Part shown: one piece after another, positions 10,465 through 19,087 of the stretch
Layout of the letters: each line of letters starts with the position of its first letter
Numbering within the stretch: position 1 is the stretch's first letter
The notes under the pieces: model-generated
Databases searched by the model: none
What the model saw: only the letters and a program-made list of their open reading frames with translations
Told to the model about the DNA's origin: nothing
NCBI GenBank assembly: GCA_044239025.1
Contig: JBIICE010000003.1
Location: forward strand, 1-55,939
Direction of reading: 5' to 3'
Source of the DNA: Verrucomicrobiales bacterium
Lineage (GTDB): Bacteria > Verrucomicrobiota > Verrucomicrobiia > Verrucomicrobiales > V1-33
Length of the DNA stretch: 55,939 nucleotides
Made by a program: the position numbers and the translations under genes

Positions 10465-11082
10465 TCAGAAGAGCCTTTCCTTGGCTTCGATGTGATCTCC
10501 GGGCGAGATACGGATGCGCTGGGCCTCTCTGCGGTCGGCAGCGTCCACCTTGATGACCGAACCGGACTTTCTGGTGATGACTACTTTGGAGTTGGCAAGC
10601 CTTGTGAAGCCGCCAGCCTGACTGATGGCATCCAGGAGGGTCAGTTCTCCGGATTCGGGGAAGTAATAGGGGCCCGGTCTTCCTACGGCACCTTCGAGAT
10701 TGAATCGTTCGCGGGTCTTTTCGAGTACCGTAACGGTAACCACTGGTTTGACGAGGAAGCCTCTGCGGAGCGCCGCCTCGATGGCAGCGGCGGCCCCTTT
10801 GACGCTGCTGCCGCTCACGGTTAATTCGCCGACGAGAGGCAGGGTGACTGTGCCATCGGGAGCCAGCCGGACCTTCGCGTCGAGTTCGGGTTCCTGGAAG
10901 ACCCTGACTTCGATCAGATCGGAGGGTTTCAGTACATAATCCAGCTTGGATGAGGAAGACAGCGGAGCGGCGGGGGCGGGCGCATCCATTTCGCTGGGCG
11001 ACGGCACTGCGGGAGGGCGAGCCTGACCCATCGCCAGAGTCGCTGATACCAGAAATGCAAAGACTTCTCCAGAAATACGCAT
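10465..11082 (-). CDS. Polysaccharide export protein (Wza-like Poly_export + SLBB domains)
   Basis: Signal peptide; YVLKPSDLIEVRVFQEPEL, DGTVTLPLVG, GAVGRPG.Y, LLDAISQAGGFT. Confidence 0.88.
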   Translation of the reverse strand: MRISGEVFAFLVSATLAMGQARPPAVPSPSEMDAPAPAAPLSSSSKLDYVLKPSDLIEVRVFQEPELDAKVRLAPDGTVTLPLVGELTVSGSSVKGAAAAIEAALRRGFLVKPVVTVTVLEKTRERFNLEGAVGRPGPYYFPESGELTLLDAISQAGGFTRLANSKVVITRKSGSVIKVDAADRREAQRIRISPGDHIEAKERLF

Positions 11083-11179
11083 GGATGACTATCGCCTCAG
11101 GTGGCAGGATGAAAAGGGGAAACTTGCCGCAGTGAATGGTAGGAGAAGACCAGTGCCTAAGTGTCTGGGGCTCGGTGGT

Positions 11180-12634
11180 CTAGGGAATGGGAGCGGAGTT
11201 GCCGGACATTTCGTCGTGACGGGCGGCGAGGTCCGGCAGATTGAGCGCCCGGTAGGCAAAGGCTAGGGAGCGGTGGGTGGCTGGACTATCTGGCCCCATC
11301 CGGGGGAGTGCCGCGCTGAGTTCGGTGACGGCATCGGTATAGCGGCCCATGAGGAGAAAGATACGCCCCTTGGTTTCCCGGGCGATGGGGAGATCGGGCT
11401 GCCGGGCGAGCACGGACTCGGTCAATTCCATCGCGTAATCGACGGGAGGTTCTTCTTCCAGAATGATAGCGCGTGCGAAGTGGACTGCGACCAGCGGAGC
11501 GGTCGGCTGCTGGCGGAAAGCGAGGTCGAGATGGGTCTTGGCGAGGGCGGAATCGTTGTTGCGCAGTGCTGCTGCGCCGAGGGCAAAGTGAAGCACGCCA
11601 TTATCACCGCCCCTGGCAATGAGGTCATTGATCATCCCGGTAGCCGCCACGGCGGAAGGTCCGTTGCTGTTCTGGATGCGGATAAGTTCGTCGAGGAGGC
11701 GGCGGTTGGAGGGATCGTATTCGAGTCCTTTGCGCACGTGTCCGAGGATTTCCTCCGAAAGTTCTCCTTCCTTGGTTCTGAGGCTTTCGATCCAGTCGGC
11801 GTAGATGGTGGCAGCGGCGGCCGCGTAGCGCTGGTCGCCCGTGCGTTTGAGGCCCGTGATGAAGTTCTCGATGGCCCCATCGAATTGGCCGAGGAGGACG
11901 AGCGACTGGCTGTAGCCGATTCTTGCTGAGGTGTCTTCCTGAACGGAGTTCTCTGTTCTTGGTTTGAAGAACTGGGTGGCTCGGCCGGCCCACTGCCGGG
12001 TTCCTTCGGAGTCCCCCAGTCCTTTTGAGACAAATGCGAGGGGAAGCATGCAATCGCCGCTCCGGTCGGCGAGACCAAGGAGGTACTGTCTCGCTTTGTT
12101 CCAGTTTTTTTCCTGAAGGTAAAACTCTCCCAGCAGGCGACGGGCTTCATCCATCTCGGGATCGTCGGTGGCGGCCCGGAGGAGATATCGTTCGTAGGCG
12201 GCCTTCACCTCGGGAGTCTTGTCTCTGGCGAGCAGCCATGTGGTCTTGGCCATGTGCAGCAGGGCCGGGGGATAGGCAATGAACGACTTGTCATCGAGGG
12301 GAGCCACTTTGCGGATGAGATGTTCGGCCGAGTCGAATCTCTCGAGGCCGGTGAGGCTGGTCGCGAGGTCGAAGGTATGCTCGCTGCGGCGATTGCCGAA
12401 AACCGGATTACGGCTGCTGATTTCGAGAAGGCGTTCGCAGGCAACGCGGGCACCAGCGAAGCTTCGGGCGGCCAGCGATGCGGTTTTGGCAAACGCAAAC
12501 CGGTCGTGGACCTTGAGGTCGCTCCACTGCGAGCGGTAGACGTATCCGACAATCGCCGCGAGGAAGAAAATCAGGGAAGGGAGACCGATCCAAAGGTCCC
12601 TGAGATTCCGGTTTGCCAGCCATTTTTCGAGCAT
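11180..12634 (-). CDS. Membrane-anchored tetratricopeptide-repeat protein
   Basis: N-terminal TM helix followed by TPR-like helices (ARRLLGEFY, LHFALG, RETKGRIFLLMGRY, THRSLAFAY). Confidence 0.8.
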   Translation of the reverse strand: MLEKWLANRNLRDLWIGLPSLIFFLAAIVGYVYRSQWSDLKVHDRFAFAKTASLAARSFAGARVACERLLEISSRNPVFGNRRSEHTFDLATSLTGLERFDSAEHLIRKVAPLDDKSFIAYPPALLHMAKTTWLLARDKTPEVKAAYERYLLRAATDDPEMDEARRLLGEFYLQEKNWNKARQYLLGLADRSGDCMLPLAFVSKGLGDSEGTRQWAGRATQFFKPRTENSVQEDTSARIGYSQSLVLLGQFDGAIENFITGLKRTGDQRYAAAAATIYADWIESLRTKEGELSEEILGHVRKGLEYDPSNRRLLDELIRIQNSNGPSAVAATGMINDLIARGGDNGVLHFALGAAALRNNDSALAKTHLDLAFRQQPTAPLVAVHFARAIILEEEPPVDYAMELTESVLARQPDLPIARETKGRIFLLMGRYTDAVTELSAALPRMGPDSPATHRSLAFAYRALNLPDLAARHDEMSGNSAPIP

Positions 12635-12646
12635 GGGTTCAGTGGG

Positions 12647-14254
12647 TCAGGGTTGTCCGAGGTTCCTGCCGAGCTGGGAGCGCAGCTGCAGCCCCGCCTC
12701 ATTGAAGAGCTGGTACATCGCGATCTCATCGTCTGGCTGAAAGGGAATGTCACCGGTCCACGCGGCGTGGACCAGCATCTGCGGCCGCTCGGCATCGTCT
12801 TTGGGATTGATGCCGTGTCGGAGCCAGGCGACGAATTCACGTGATCGTTTCAGGAGGAACATCGGCAGGTTTCCCGGTGAGACGGCGGGCGGATCGCTGG
12901 AGATCCATTGCCCGTCCGGACCGAGTGCCGAACAGAGAACCTCAGCGCGTTCGAACCGCGGCCTGCGTAACTGGAAGCGGCGGAAGGACTCGGCTCCCGG
13001 AAACAAGTTTCCCGGGGAATCGCTGAGAACGCGCCATCCCATGGCCTCATAATTCGCTGCGATACTCTTGAATCCCCGGAAGGGAGCGTGAATGCTGATG
13101 GTGATCTGAAGCGTTTCCTTCCTGAACTCCCATCGGCTTGCTTTTGCACTGAAGCGGAAAGCGATGGCGGGATTGTCCTGAGGCGTCTGCTGAGACCAGC
13201 CTTCGAGTTTCTCCGTCAGGTTGAACGGAAGAGTCTCGGTCTGCACCGGCAAACTGTCTCCCGTCAGCGAGGTGGACACGAGGTCCCGGAAATGGCGGAG
13301 TGAGGCGGCACCGGGCAGGCACATGGCGAGGGCGAGGACCATGGCCGCCCATCCCGGAATGCCGAAGGTCGGAACTGATGGCGGCGGCGGTTCTGCTGGT
13401 GCATCGGTCCGTTTTGCGGAGTTCCTGCGGGGCATCGAGAAAAATGCCAGCAGACGGTCAAAGCAGAACACGAAGAGCGCCGCCACCAGCAGGAGGCTGA
13501 CACAGAAGAAAGTGTACATGGGCTGCTGCCAGACATCTCTTTCCTCCGTATAAAGCCACTCGATCCCAAGGGTAACGGCGGCGATGTTCAATCCCATGGC
13601 CACCACGGCGGTAGCGATGACGAGGATTACCAGGTGCCATGCGGGCCGGTGCCGCAAGGCGGCGAGCAGAATTGCCCCGCCCAGGATAAGGGGAATTCCG
13701 TGAATGCCGGCGGTCGCTGCGGCCACGGTTAGGCCCTGGCCAGGAAGCTCAATCCATGGACCAGATACGGCATGGAGAACATTCCGGAGATCCAGGAATG
13801 AGCTGGCGAGCCTGGTGGAATAATCGCTGGCCCATTTCGTCCATGCCTGCTCCATGCCGAAGGGGAGGGGAACGGCACAGGCCATCAGCGCAAGGGGGGC
13901 CAGTGAACGTTTCAACCCGGCCGTCCCGTTGGAACGCCAGGCAGAAGCTGCGACAGCGGCAAGAACGGAGTGCGCCACGAGTTCCGGGGCGCGCAGCACG
14001 GCTCCCAGCAGAATTCCCATCGCGCTCGCCAGCCATAAGGGCGAGGCCCATGGTGTGGGCTGCCCGGGAGGTGGGGCGGGGTCGGTCCCGGAAATGTCAG
14101 GCCGCCGGAGCAGCCAGCATCCGAGCGCCCACCCGAGGGGCAGCAGGGCCATTCTGACGGGGGAAATGGCCCACAGATTCATGGCGAGCCAAACTGCCAC
14201 CGGAACGGCAAGCAGGGAGGCGACGAGCAGAAGAAATTTGGTGGGGCGGGTCAC
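12647..14254 (-). CDS. Exosortase-like (EpsH/XrtU-like) membrane protein with C-terminal EpsI-like domain; catalytic residues apparently absent
   Basis: About 8 TM helices; VPLP, ASSFLD..V.H...G..IELP...LTV match the exosortase core; periplasmic C-domain with ..Y...GW. GTG start at 14254 is a best guess. Confidence 0.75.
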   Translation of the reverse strand: MTRPTKFLLLVASLLAVPVAVWLAMNLWAISPVRMALLPLGWALGCWLLRRPDISGTDPAPPPGQPTPWASPLWLASAMGILLGAVLRAPELVAHSVLAAVAASAWRSNGTAGLKRSLAPLALMACAVPLPFGMEQAWTKWASDYSTRLASSFLDLRNVLHAVSGPWIELPGQGLTVAAATAGIHGIPLILGGAILLAALRHRPAWHLVILVIATAVVAMGLNIAAVTLGIEWLYTEERDVWQQPMYTFFCVSLLLVAALFVFCFDRLLAFFSMPRRNSAKRTDAPAEPPPPSVPTFGIPGWAAMVLALAMCLPGAASLRHFRDLVSTSLTGDSLPVQTETLPFNLTEKLEGWSQQTPQDNPAIAFRFSAKASRWEFRKETLQITISIHAPFRGFKSIAANYEAMGWRVLSDSPGNLFPGAESFRRFQLRRPRFERAEVLCSALGPDGQWISSDPPAVSPGNLPMFLLKRSREFVAWLRHGINPKDDAERPQMLVHAAWTGDIPFQPDDEIAMYQLFNEAGLQLRSQLGRNLGQP

Positions 14255-14561
14255 GGTGGCGCAGTCTCGTCGCGGGAAAATGAGTTCGGCAACCGATGGA
14301 ACAGTTCTGCCCCGGGGATCGCTGGCGCACGCAGACGACTCCGTGACCATGACCAGGAAGGAGGTTCCGATCGGCCGGAACGACCGCACCGCAGTCGAGA
14401 CAGTTGTGCCGTGTTTCCCGCCGGCATGACTGGGTTCGGCACCACCCCGACAGCGCATCGGCTTACTTCTAGGAGCGGGATCGACGTGGTCATCTTCACT
14501 CCATGCACAAAGGATCCGGTGGGACGGTAGGTTGCGTCCCTTTGTGATCTTCGCGGCAGTC

Positions 14562-16127
14562 TCAGAACTGGACGGACAACTGGCAGCCTATCCGGTTGTT
14601 GCTGAAGTCGACCCCCTGGTTATTGGAGGAGTTGTCCCGGAACTCATAGAAAGCAGTGAGGGATGCCCTTGTGGTGAAACGCCAGGAAAGCGACGCCGTG
14701 AGAGAGAGGAAATCGTCCTGTCGGCCCCCGAATGCATCCTGTTCGTCGGCATTGAACTCATCTGACTGATAGGCCACCGAAGCTGTTGCGCTCAACGTGT
14801 CGGTGAGGCCCTGACTTACGGACAGGGAAACGGTGGTGAAGTTGATGCTGCTGCCTCCGTTCACGGGAGAGCCGGTGACATTCCGGTTGAAGCCGAGCGA
14901 GACGGACGTGCGATCGGCCGCCTGCCAGTTTCCGGATACCGAGGCAACCCATCCGGGCCCGCTGCTCGTGGCACCATTGAAGTTACCGATCTGAGGACCG
15001 AAAGATGCCGTAAAACCCGTCTTGGGGGTAGCCTGCCAGGCGGCGGTGAAATTGATGGTGCTCCAATCTCTGTTGTCGTATCCATCCTGCTCCATGGTGG
15101 ACCATCCGTAGTTGATGCCGCCGCGGAGTTTAGGACTGAACTCGTAGTCGAATCCTGCGTTGAGGGCCCATGTCTGGGTACCGAGAAGATCTTCTTCGTA
15201 GTCGAAGGCATTCCAGTTGCCGCTGGCGACCAGCCGCACCTTGCCGGTGAGACTGTAGGCAGCACTCAGGGACGCGCCATAGGATTGGCGGGTTGCAAAG
15301 TTTCCGGCCCAACGGTCTGCCGAATTCATCTGGGAGGCGAAGAGACTTCCGCTCAGTGCGAGATCGCTGAGGTTGCGGCTTGCGGAAATACCGGCGTTGT
15401 AGTTCCACCCGCTTAGGTCGTCATTCTCGAGATAACTCTGATAGGATGCTCCCGCGGTCAGGGAGAGGCTGTGGAAGAGCCCACTGCCTGGAAGATTGTA
15501 CGAGGACGAGATACCATTGTTCAGGATGACATCGGAACTCTGGTCTTCTCCATCGCCTGCGAAACGGATGTTGTCATCGTATGTGGCACCTGTGAAGAGG
15601 GACACACTCCACGGTTTCTGGACGTCTGGATTCGCCGGAGTGCTCGGGTCGCCCGCGAAGGCGCTGCCGGCTGCCTCGAGAACCGAGGCACTGGAAGAGG
15701 CTGCGGGAGCACCCTCGGCAGCCGCCGGGGTTGCCGCCATCGGGGCCGCCTCCGCGGCGGAGGCCGCAGGACTGATGCCGGAATTCAGCGGGGAGGCGGG
15801 CAGTTCGGCCGGGATGGAAGCCGCGGCTGGTTGGGCTGGGGTGTTGCGGGCGGAATCCGCTGGAGTTCCGCTGGAGTCCGCAGGTGGTTCCTGCGGAGCA
15901 GAGGGTGCCCCTGGAGCGGAGGCATTGGATGACGGGGGCGCAGCATCGGATGTGCCCGTGGCGAGGCCGAGGGTGAGGTCCGGGTATTCCGGGAGTACGC
16001 TGCTTGATTCCGTCTCGATGGGCGCTCCGCCGCCGATGAGGTCTTCGAGTGGAACAACTGCCGCACTCAGATTGCCCCCTGAAGCCAGGGAGATACCGAA
16101 GGCTCCCCCGGCTAGCCAGCGGGTCAT
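14562..16127 (-). CDS. EPS-locus outer-membrane beta-barrel with N-terminal Pro/Ala/Ser-rich linker
   Basis: YDDNI motif, alternating amphipathic beta strands, C-terminal Phe (GCQLSVQF). Start uncertain (16127-16244). Confidence 0.8.
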   Translation of the reverse strand: MTRWLAGGAFGISLASGGNLSAAVVPLEDLIGGGAPIETESSSVLPEYPDLTLGLATGTSDAAPPSSNASAPGAPSAPQEPPADSSGTPADSARNTPAQPAAASIPAELPASPLNSGISPAASAAEAAPMAATPAAAEGAPAASSSASVLEAAGSAFAGDPSTPANPDVQKPWSVSLFTGATYDDNIRFAGDGEDQSSDVILNNGISSSYNLPGSGLFHSLSLTAGASYQSYLENDDLSGWNYNAGISASRNLSDLALSGSLFASQMNSADRWAGNFATRQSYGASLSAAYSLTGKVRLVASGNWNAFDYEEDLLGTQTWALNAGFDYEFSPKLRGGINYGWSTMEQDGYDNRDWSTINFTAAWQATPKTGFTASFGPQIGNFNGATSSGPGWVASVSGNWQAADRTSVSLGFNRNVTGSPVNGGSSINFTTVSLSVSQGLTDTLSATASVAYQSDEFNADEQDAFGGRQDDFLSLTASLSWRFTTRASLTAFYEFRDNSSNNQGVDFSNNRIGCQLSVQF

Positions 16128-16329
16128 CCCCGTTCCGGAATCCTGAAGCGGGGAGATGGGTGTTTCGCCGAGGAGGCGGAACTTCTCCTGAAAGAAAGTA
16201 TCCGGACGGCGGCGGACGGCGTTTTTTTGATTTTTGGGGGGCACAGCAGGAATTTAGCTAAAAAGTTGGCGGAAGCGGCTGGCGTGGGAAGGTGTTCCTC
16301 CTACGCTTAGGCGATGGGCGGAGCCTCGG

Positions 16330-17022
16330 CTAATCCGTCGGTTCAAAGGTGGTCGCAGGCTCACTCGGAAATTTCATCGGCCGATAAAAAATGTCAAGTG
16401 GGCTTCCGACGAACTCGGGTCTCATCCCAGGGAAAGCCCAGAGCCATCCTCCCACGTCACCGTTCTCGAGGGCGGCCCGGACCGCCGCATCGGTGGCGTT
16501 GTCGATCTCCGCGAGAGCCACTGCGGGTTCCTGACCCCGGCCGACCGGTTGCTTCCCGGAAGGCACAATCGACTTCCCGGTGGCGACCGGTTGTTTTCCG
16601 GAGGGATCGCTTGCGTCGTTCTGCCGTTCGGCAAAGGCGGCCGAACGCCGGATGGCTCGTTTGGCCTCGGCCGTGATGCGGCTGGCAAAGTCAGGCCGCA
16701 TGCCTGCCGCGGTTGCTGCCACGATGGGAGCGAGGAGGGGTTGTGCTTCGCAGACTTCCCCCACGCGGGTCACGAAATCGTTCGGCCATTCCCGCACGGC
16801 CGCAGCAATGAGAGCGGATGCAGCCACGTCATCGGATGGGGAGAGAGACCGGGCACGTCCGGTGAAGTCTGCGAGGATCTTGTCGGGCGCATCAGTGCCC
16901 TCCCAGGCAGCGGCGAGTTCCGCTACGAGGGTGTCGCGGCGCACGGCAGCGAGGGGCGGGCCTGCCGACAGAGTGCCGGCGAGCAGCATGCTGATCGCGG
17001 CAACGAGGTGAAGGTTGTTCAT
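16330..17022 (-). CDS. Secreted Ala-rich hypothetical protein, first gene of the EPS operon
   Basis: Signal peptide MNNLHLVAAISMLLAGTLSA, Ala-rich helices, duplicated SGKQPV motif; lies just downstream of the AT-rich promoter region. Confidence 0.7.
   Translation of the reverse strand: MNNLHLVAAISMLLAGTLSAGPPLAAVRRDTLVAELAAAWEGTDAPDKILADFTGRARSLSPSDDVAASALIAAAVREWPNDFVTRVGEVCEAQPLLAPIVAATAAGMRPDFASRITAEAKRAIRRSAAFAERQNDASDPSGKQPVATGKSIVPSGKQPVGRGQEPAVALAEIDNATDAAVRAALENGDVGGWLWAFPGMRPEFVGSPLDIFYRPMKFPSEPATTFEPTD
16542..16601 (-). repeat. Short coding direct repeat (SGKQPV x2)
   Basis: gaccggttgcttcccgga and gaccggttgttttccgga on the + strand. Confidence 0.7.
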
Positions 17023-17086
17023 GAATTTGCTCTTCTGGTCAAGAGTTCACTTACATCGGGCGGAAGCCCGGCGAAAAGTTCAGGTT

Positions 17087-17115
17087 AGTTAACGAGAGTG
17101 TAGCTGTAGCGTCAA
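17087..17115 (-). promoter_or_regulatory. Candidate sigma70 promoter for the EPS operon within an AT-rich divergent intergenic region
   Basis: Minus strand reads TTGACG-N17-TTAACT about 65 nt upstream of the ATG at 17022; the -10 match is weak. Confidence 0.35.
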
Positions 17116-17420
17116 TTGAAATTATCAGAAATTCTGGGAGTTTCTTGATTTTCGGTATCGCCTCTTTTTTTTAAAGACTTCTGTTGGTCCACCTGTTATC
17201 GGTTTCCCGGGGTGTGTCGACCTAAGGCGTTCGGGATGAACCAGGAGTTGCCGCCGAAGAGTCGTGCGGCTATGAGCAAGAGGCTGGAGTGGTGAGGCTT
17301 CCGCTTGCGCATTTTATGGGTCGTGTAAATTCCCCTGATGCAGCTTTTTGGCATTCCGGCACGGTCTGTGATGGATGGCGGCGGGGCGGCGGTGGAAATG
17401 GCCCCGGGGAGGTCCGTTTC

Positions 17421-18092
17421 ATGAAGGCGGGGCGGGGTGGGTGGGGGAACTGGCTGCTGGTGGCCCTGCTGGCTGGGAGTTCCGCGGTGCTGTGGCTGCA
17501 GTGGCGGTGGACTCCGGAACCGGGGCGTTTTTCAGACCGGAAGCAGGAGGCGGAACGGTCCTGGCAGCGACTGGAAGGATGCCGCATGGTGGCCTATGGG
17601 GCCAACGATGGTGACAGTTTCAAGGTGGACACGGGGAACGGCGAGCATGTTTTCCGGCTGTATTTTGTTGACTGTCCCGAGAAGCAGCGGCACCCGGCGA
17701 ACGGGGATCGGTTGGCCGACCAGGGGATTTACTTTGGCGGGCTCGGGGAAAGCGGCGTTCTGCTGGCGGGTGCGGCGGCGCGGGAGTTCACCCTGAAGAA
17801 GCTGCGGGCTGGGACTTTTGCGGTGGTGACACGGTGGGAGAAGGTTTTCGACAGCGGGCGTTTTTACGGGCACGTGCTGGTGCCCGGGCCTGATGGCCGC
17901 ATGGAAGATCTTGCGGAACTGCTGGTGGCGGCGGGCCTTGCGAGGATCCATACGCTGGGGTCGGACCATCCCGGAAGAGGTCGTGAGCGGGACGTGCGGC
18001 GGCGGTTGCTGCTACTGGAGGCGGAGGCGCGGAGCGCGGGCCGCGGGGCATGGGAGAATGGCGCAAAACGGCCTGGCAAGGGGCAAGGGTAG
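17421..18092 (+). CDS. Thermonuclease (SNase) family protein, membrane-anchored
   Basis: N-terminal TM; DGDSF, RLYFVDCPE, DSGRFYG, LVAAGLA, EAEARSAGRGAW. Confidence 0.85.
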   Translation: MKAGRGGWGNWLLVALLAGSSAVLWLQWRWTPEPGRFSDRKQEAERSWQRLEGCRMVAYGANDGDSFKVDTGNGEHVFRLYFVDCPEKQRHPANGDRLADQGIYFGGLGESGVLLAGAAAREFTLKKLRAGTFAVVTRWEKVFDSGRFYGHVLVPGPDGRMEDLAELLVAAGLARIHTLGSDHPGRGRERDVRRRLLLLEAEARSAGRGAWENGAKRPGKGQG

Positions 18093-18097
18093 GGTAC

Positions 18098-19000
18098 ATG
18101 CATCGCTTCATGACTGAGCCGATTCCGCGACGCCCTTTTCTCCTGGGTGGCCTTGGGCTGCTGCTGCTGGGCCGGGGTGAGGGGTCGGCTCCGGTGGATG
18201 GGACGCTGCGGGGCGTGCTGGAGCGGGTTTACATTGGCTGGTCCGAGGCCATGCGCCGGAGTGATCTGACGGGGTTTTCGCGTCATACCTCGAGATACCG
18301 GCAGATGTGTCTGCGGAACGAGGTGATATCGCTGCGCCAGCCGTGGCCGCGCGCGGTATTCCGGGGAATTGTGCAGGCTCCTCCGCTGCAGGGACTGAAC
18401 TGCGTCGATGCGGCGGAGCATGGGGACACGGCGCGTCTGGCGTATTTCGGCAGAGTGGATTTCGGTCTTGAGGCAGGGGGAGGGGAGAACCCTGTGGTGC
18501 TGCGGTTTCTGCGGGAACCGGATGGCTGGAAGTTCGACTGGATCCAGTATGTGAACCTTGGTCGTGACGAGGCCGCCCGGCAGGCGGTGCGGCGAGGCGA
18601 CCGCAAATGGCTGGAGTCGCCGCAGTTTCAGCTGACGGGCATCTATCCCGAGGTGCCGAAGCCGTGCCGGGAGCCTTATCAGGTGGCCGGTCTTTCCGTG
18701 GTGGCCGCGGGGTGCCGGGTCACGGTGGAGCTCAATGGCGGTGTGCACCGGGAGACGGTCGAGAACGACACCGGCGGCCGGGTCATCACGGGAGGCTTGC
18801 AGAAGGGGGTGAATTCGGTGGTGATTCAGCCGGCGGTGCTCCCTGGAGCCAACGCGGTACGGCTGCAGGTGGCCGTGCTGACGCGTCAGGGTTCCGCGGC
18901 GCGGGAACTGTGGAAGTGGTCGCCTCCCGACCCGGCGGAACGTTGGAAGGGCCGGTACGATGCCAGTATTTTCGTGCGGTCGGCGGCGGCGGTGCGCTGA
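18098..19000 (+). CDS. Exported hypothetical protein (possible twin-arginine-like signal)
   Basis: RRPFLLGGLGLLLLG N-terminus; protein-like composition; co-oriented with neighbours. Confidence 0.65.
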   Translation: MHRFMTEPIPRRPFLLGGLGLLLLGRGEGSAPVDGTLRGVLERVYIGWSEAMRRSDLTGFSRHTSRYRQMCLRNEVISLRQPWPRAVFRGIVQAPPLQGLNCVDAAEHGDTARLAYFGRVDFGLEAGGGENPVVLRFLREPDGWKFDWIQYVNLGRDEAARQAVRRGDRKWLESPQFQLTGIYPEVPKPCREPYQVAGLSVVAAGCRVTVELNGGVHRETVENDTGGRVITGGLQKGVNSVVIQPAVLPGANAVRLQVAVLTRQGSAARELWKWSPPDPAERWKGRYDASIFVRSAAAVR

Positions 19001-19087
19001 AAGAGGCAGCGCATGAGCTTCGGGGTCATTGCTCCGGTCAATGGCAGGGCACTGCAGATTCAATGAGCAAAAAGGCACGCCGCGGGT

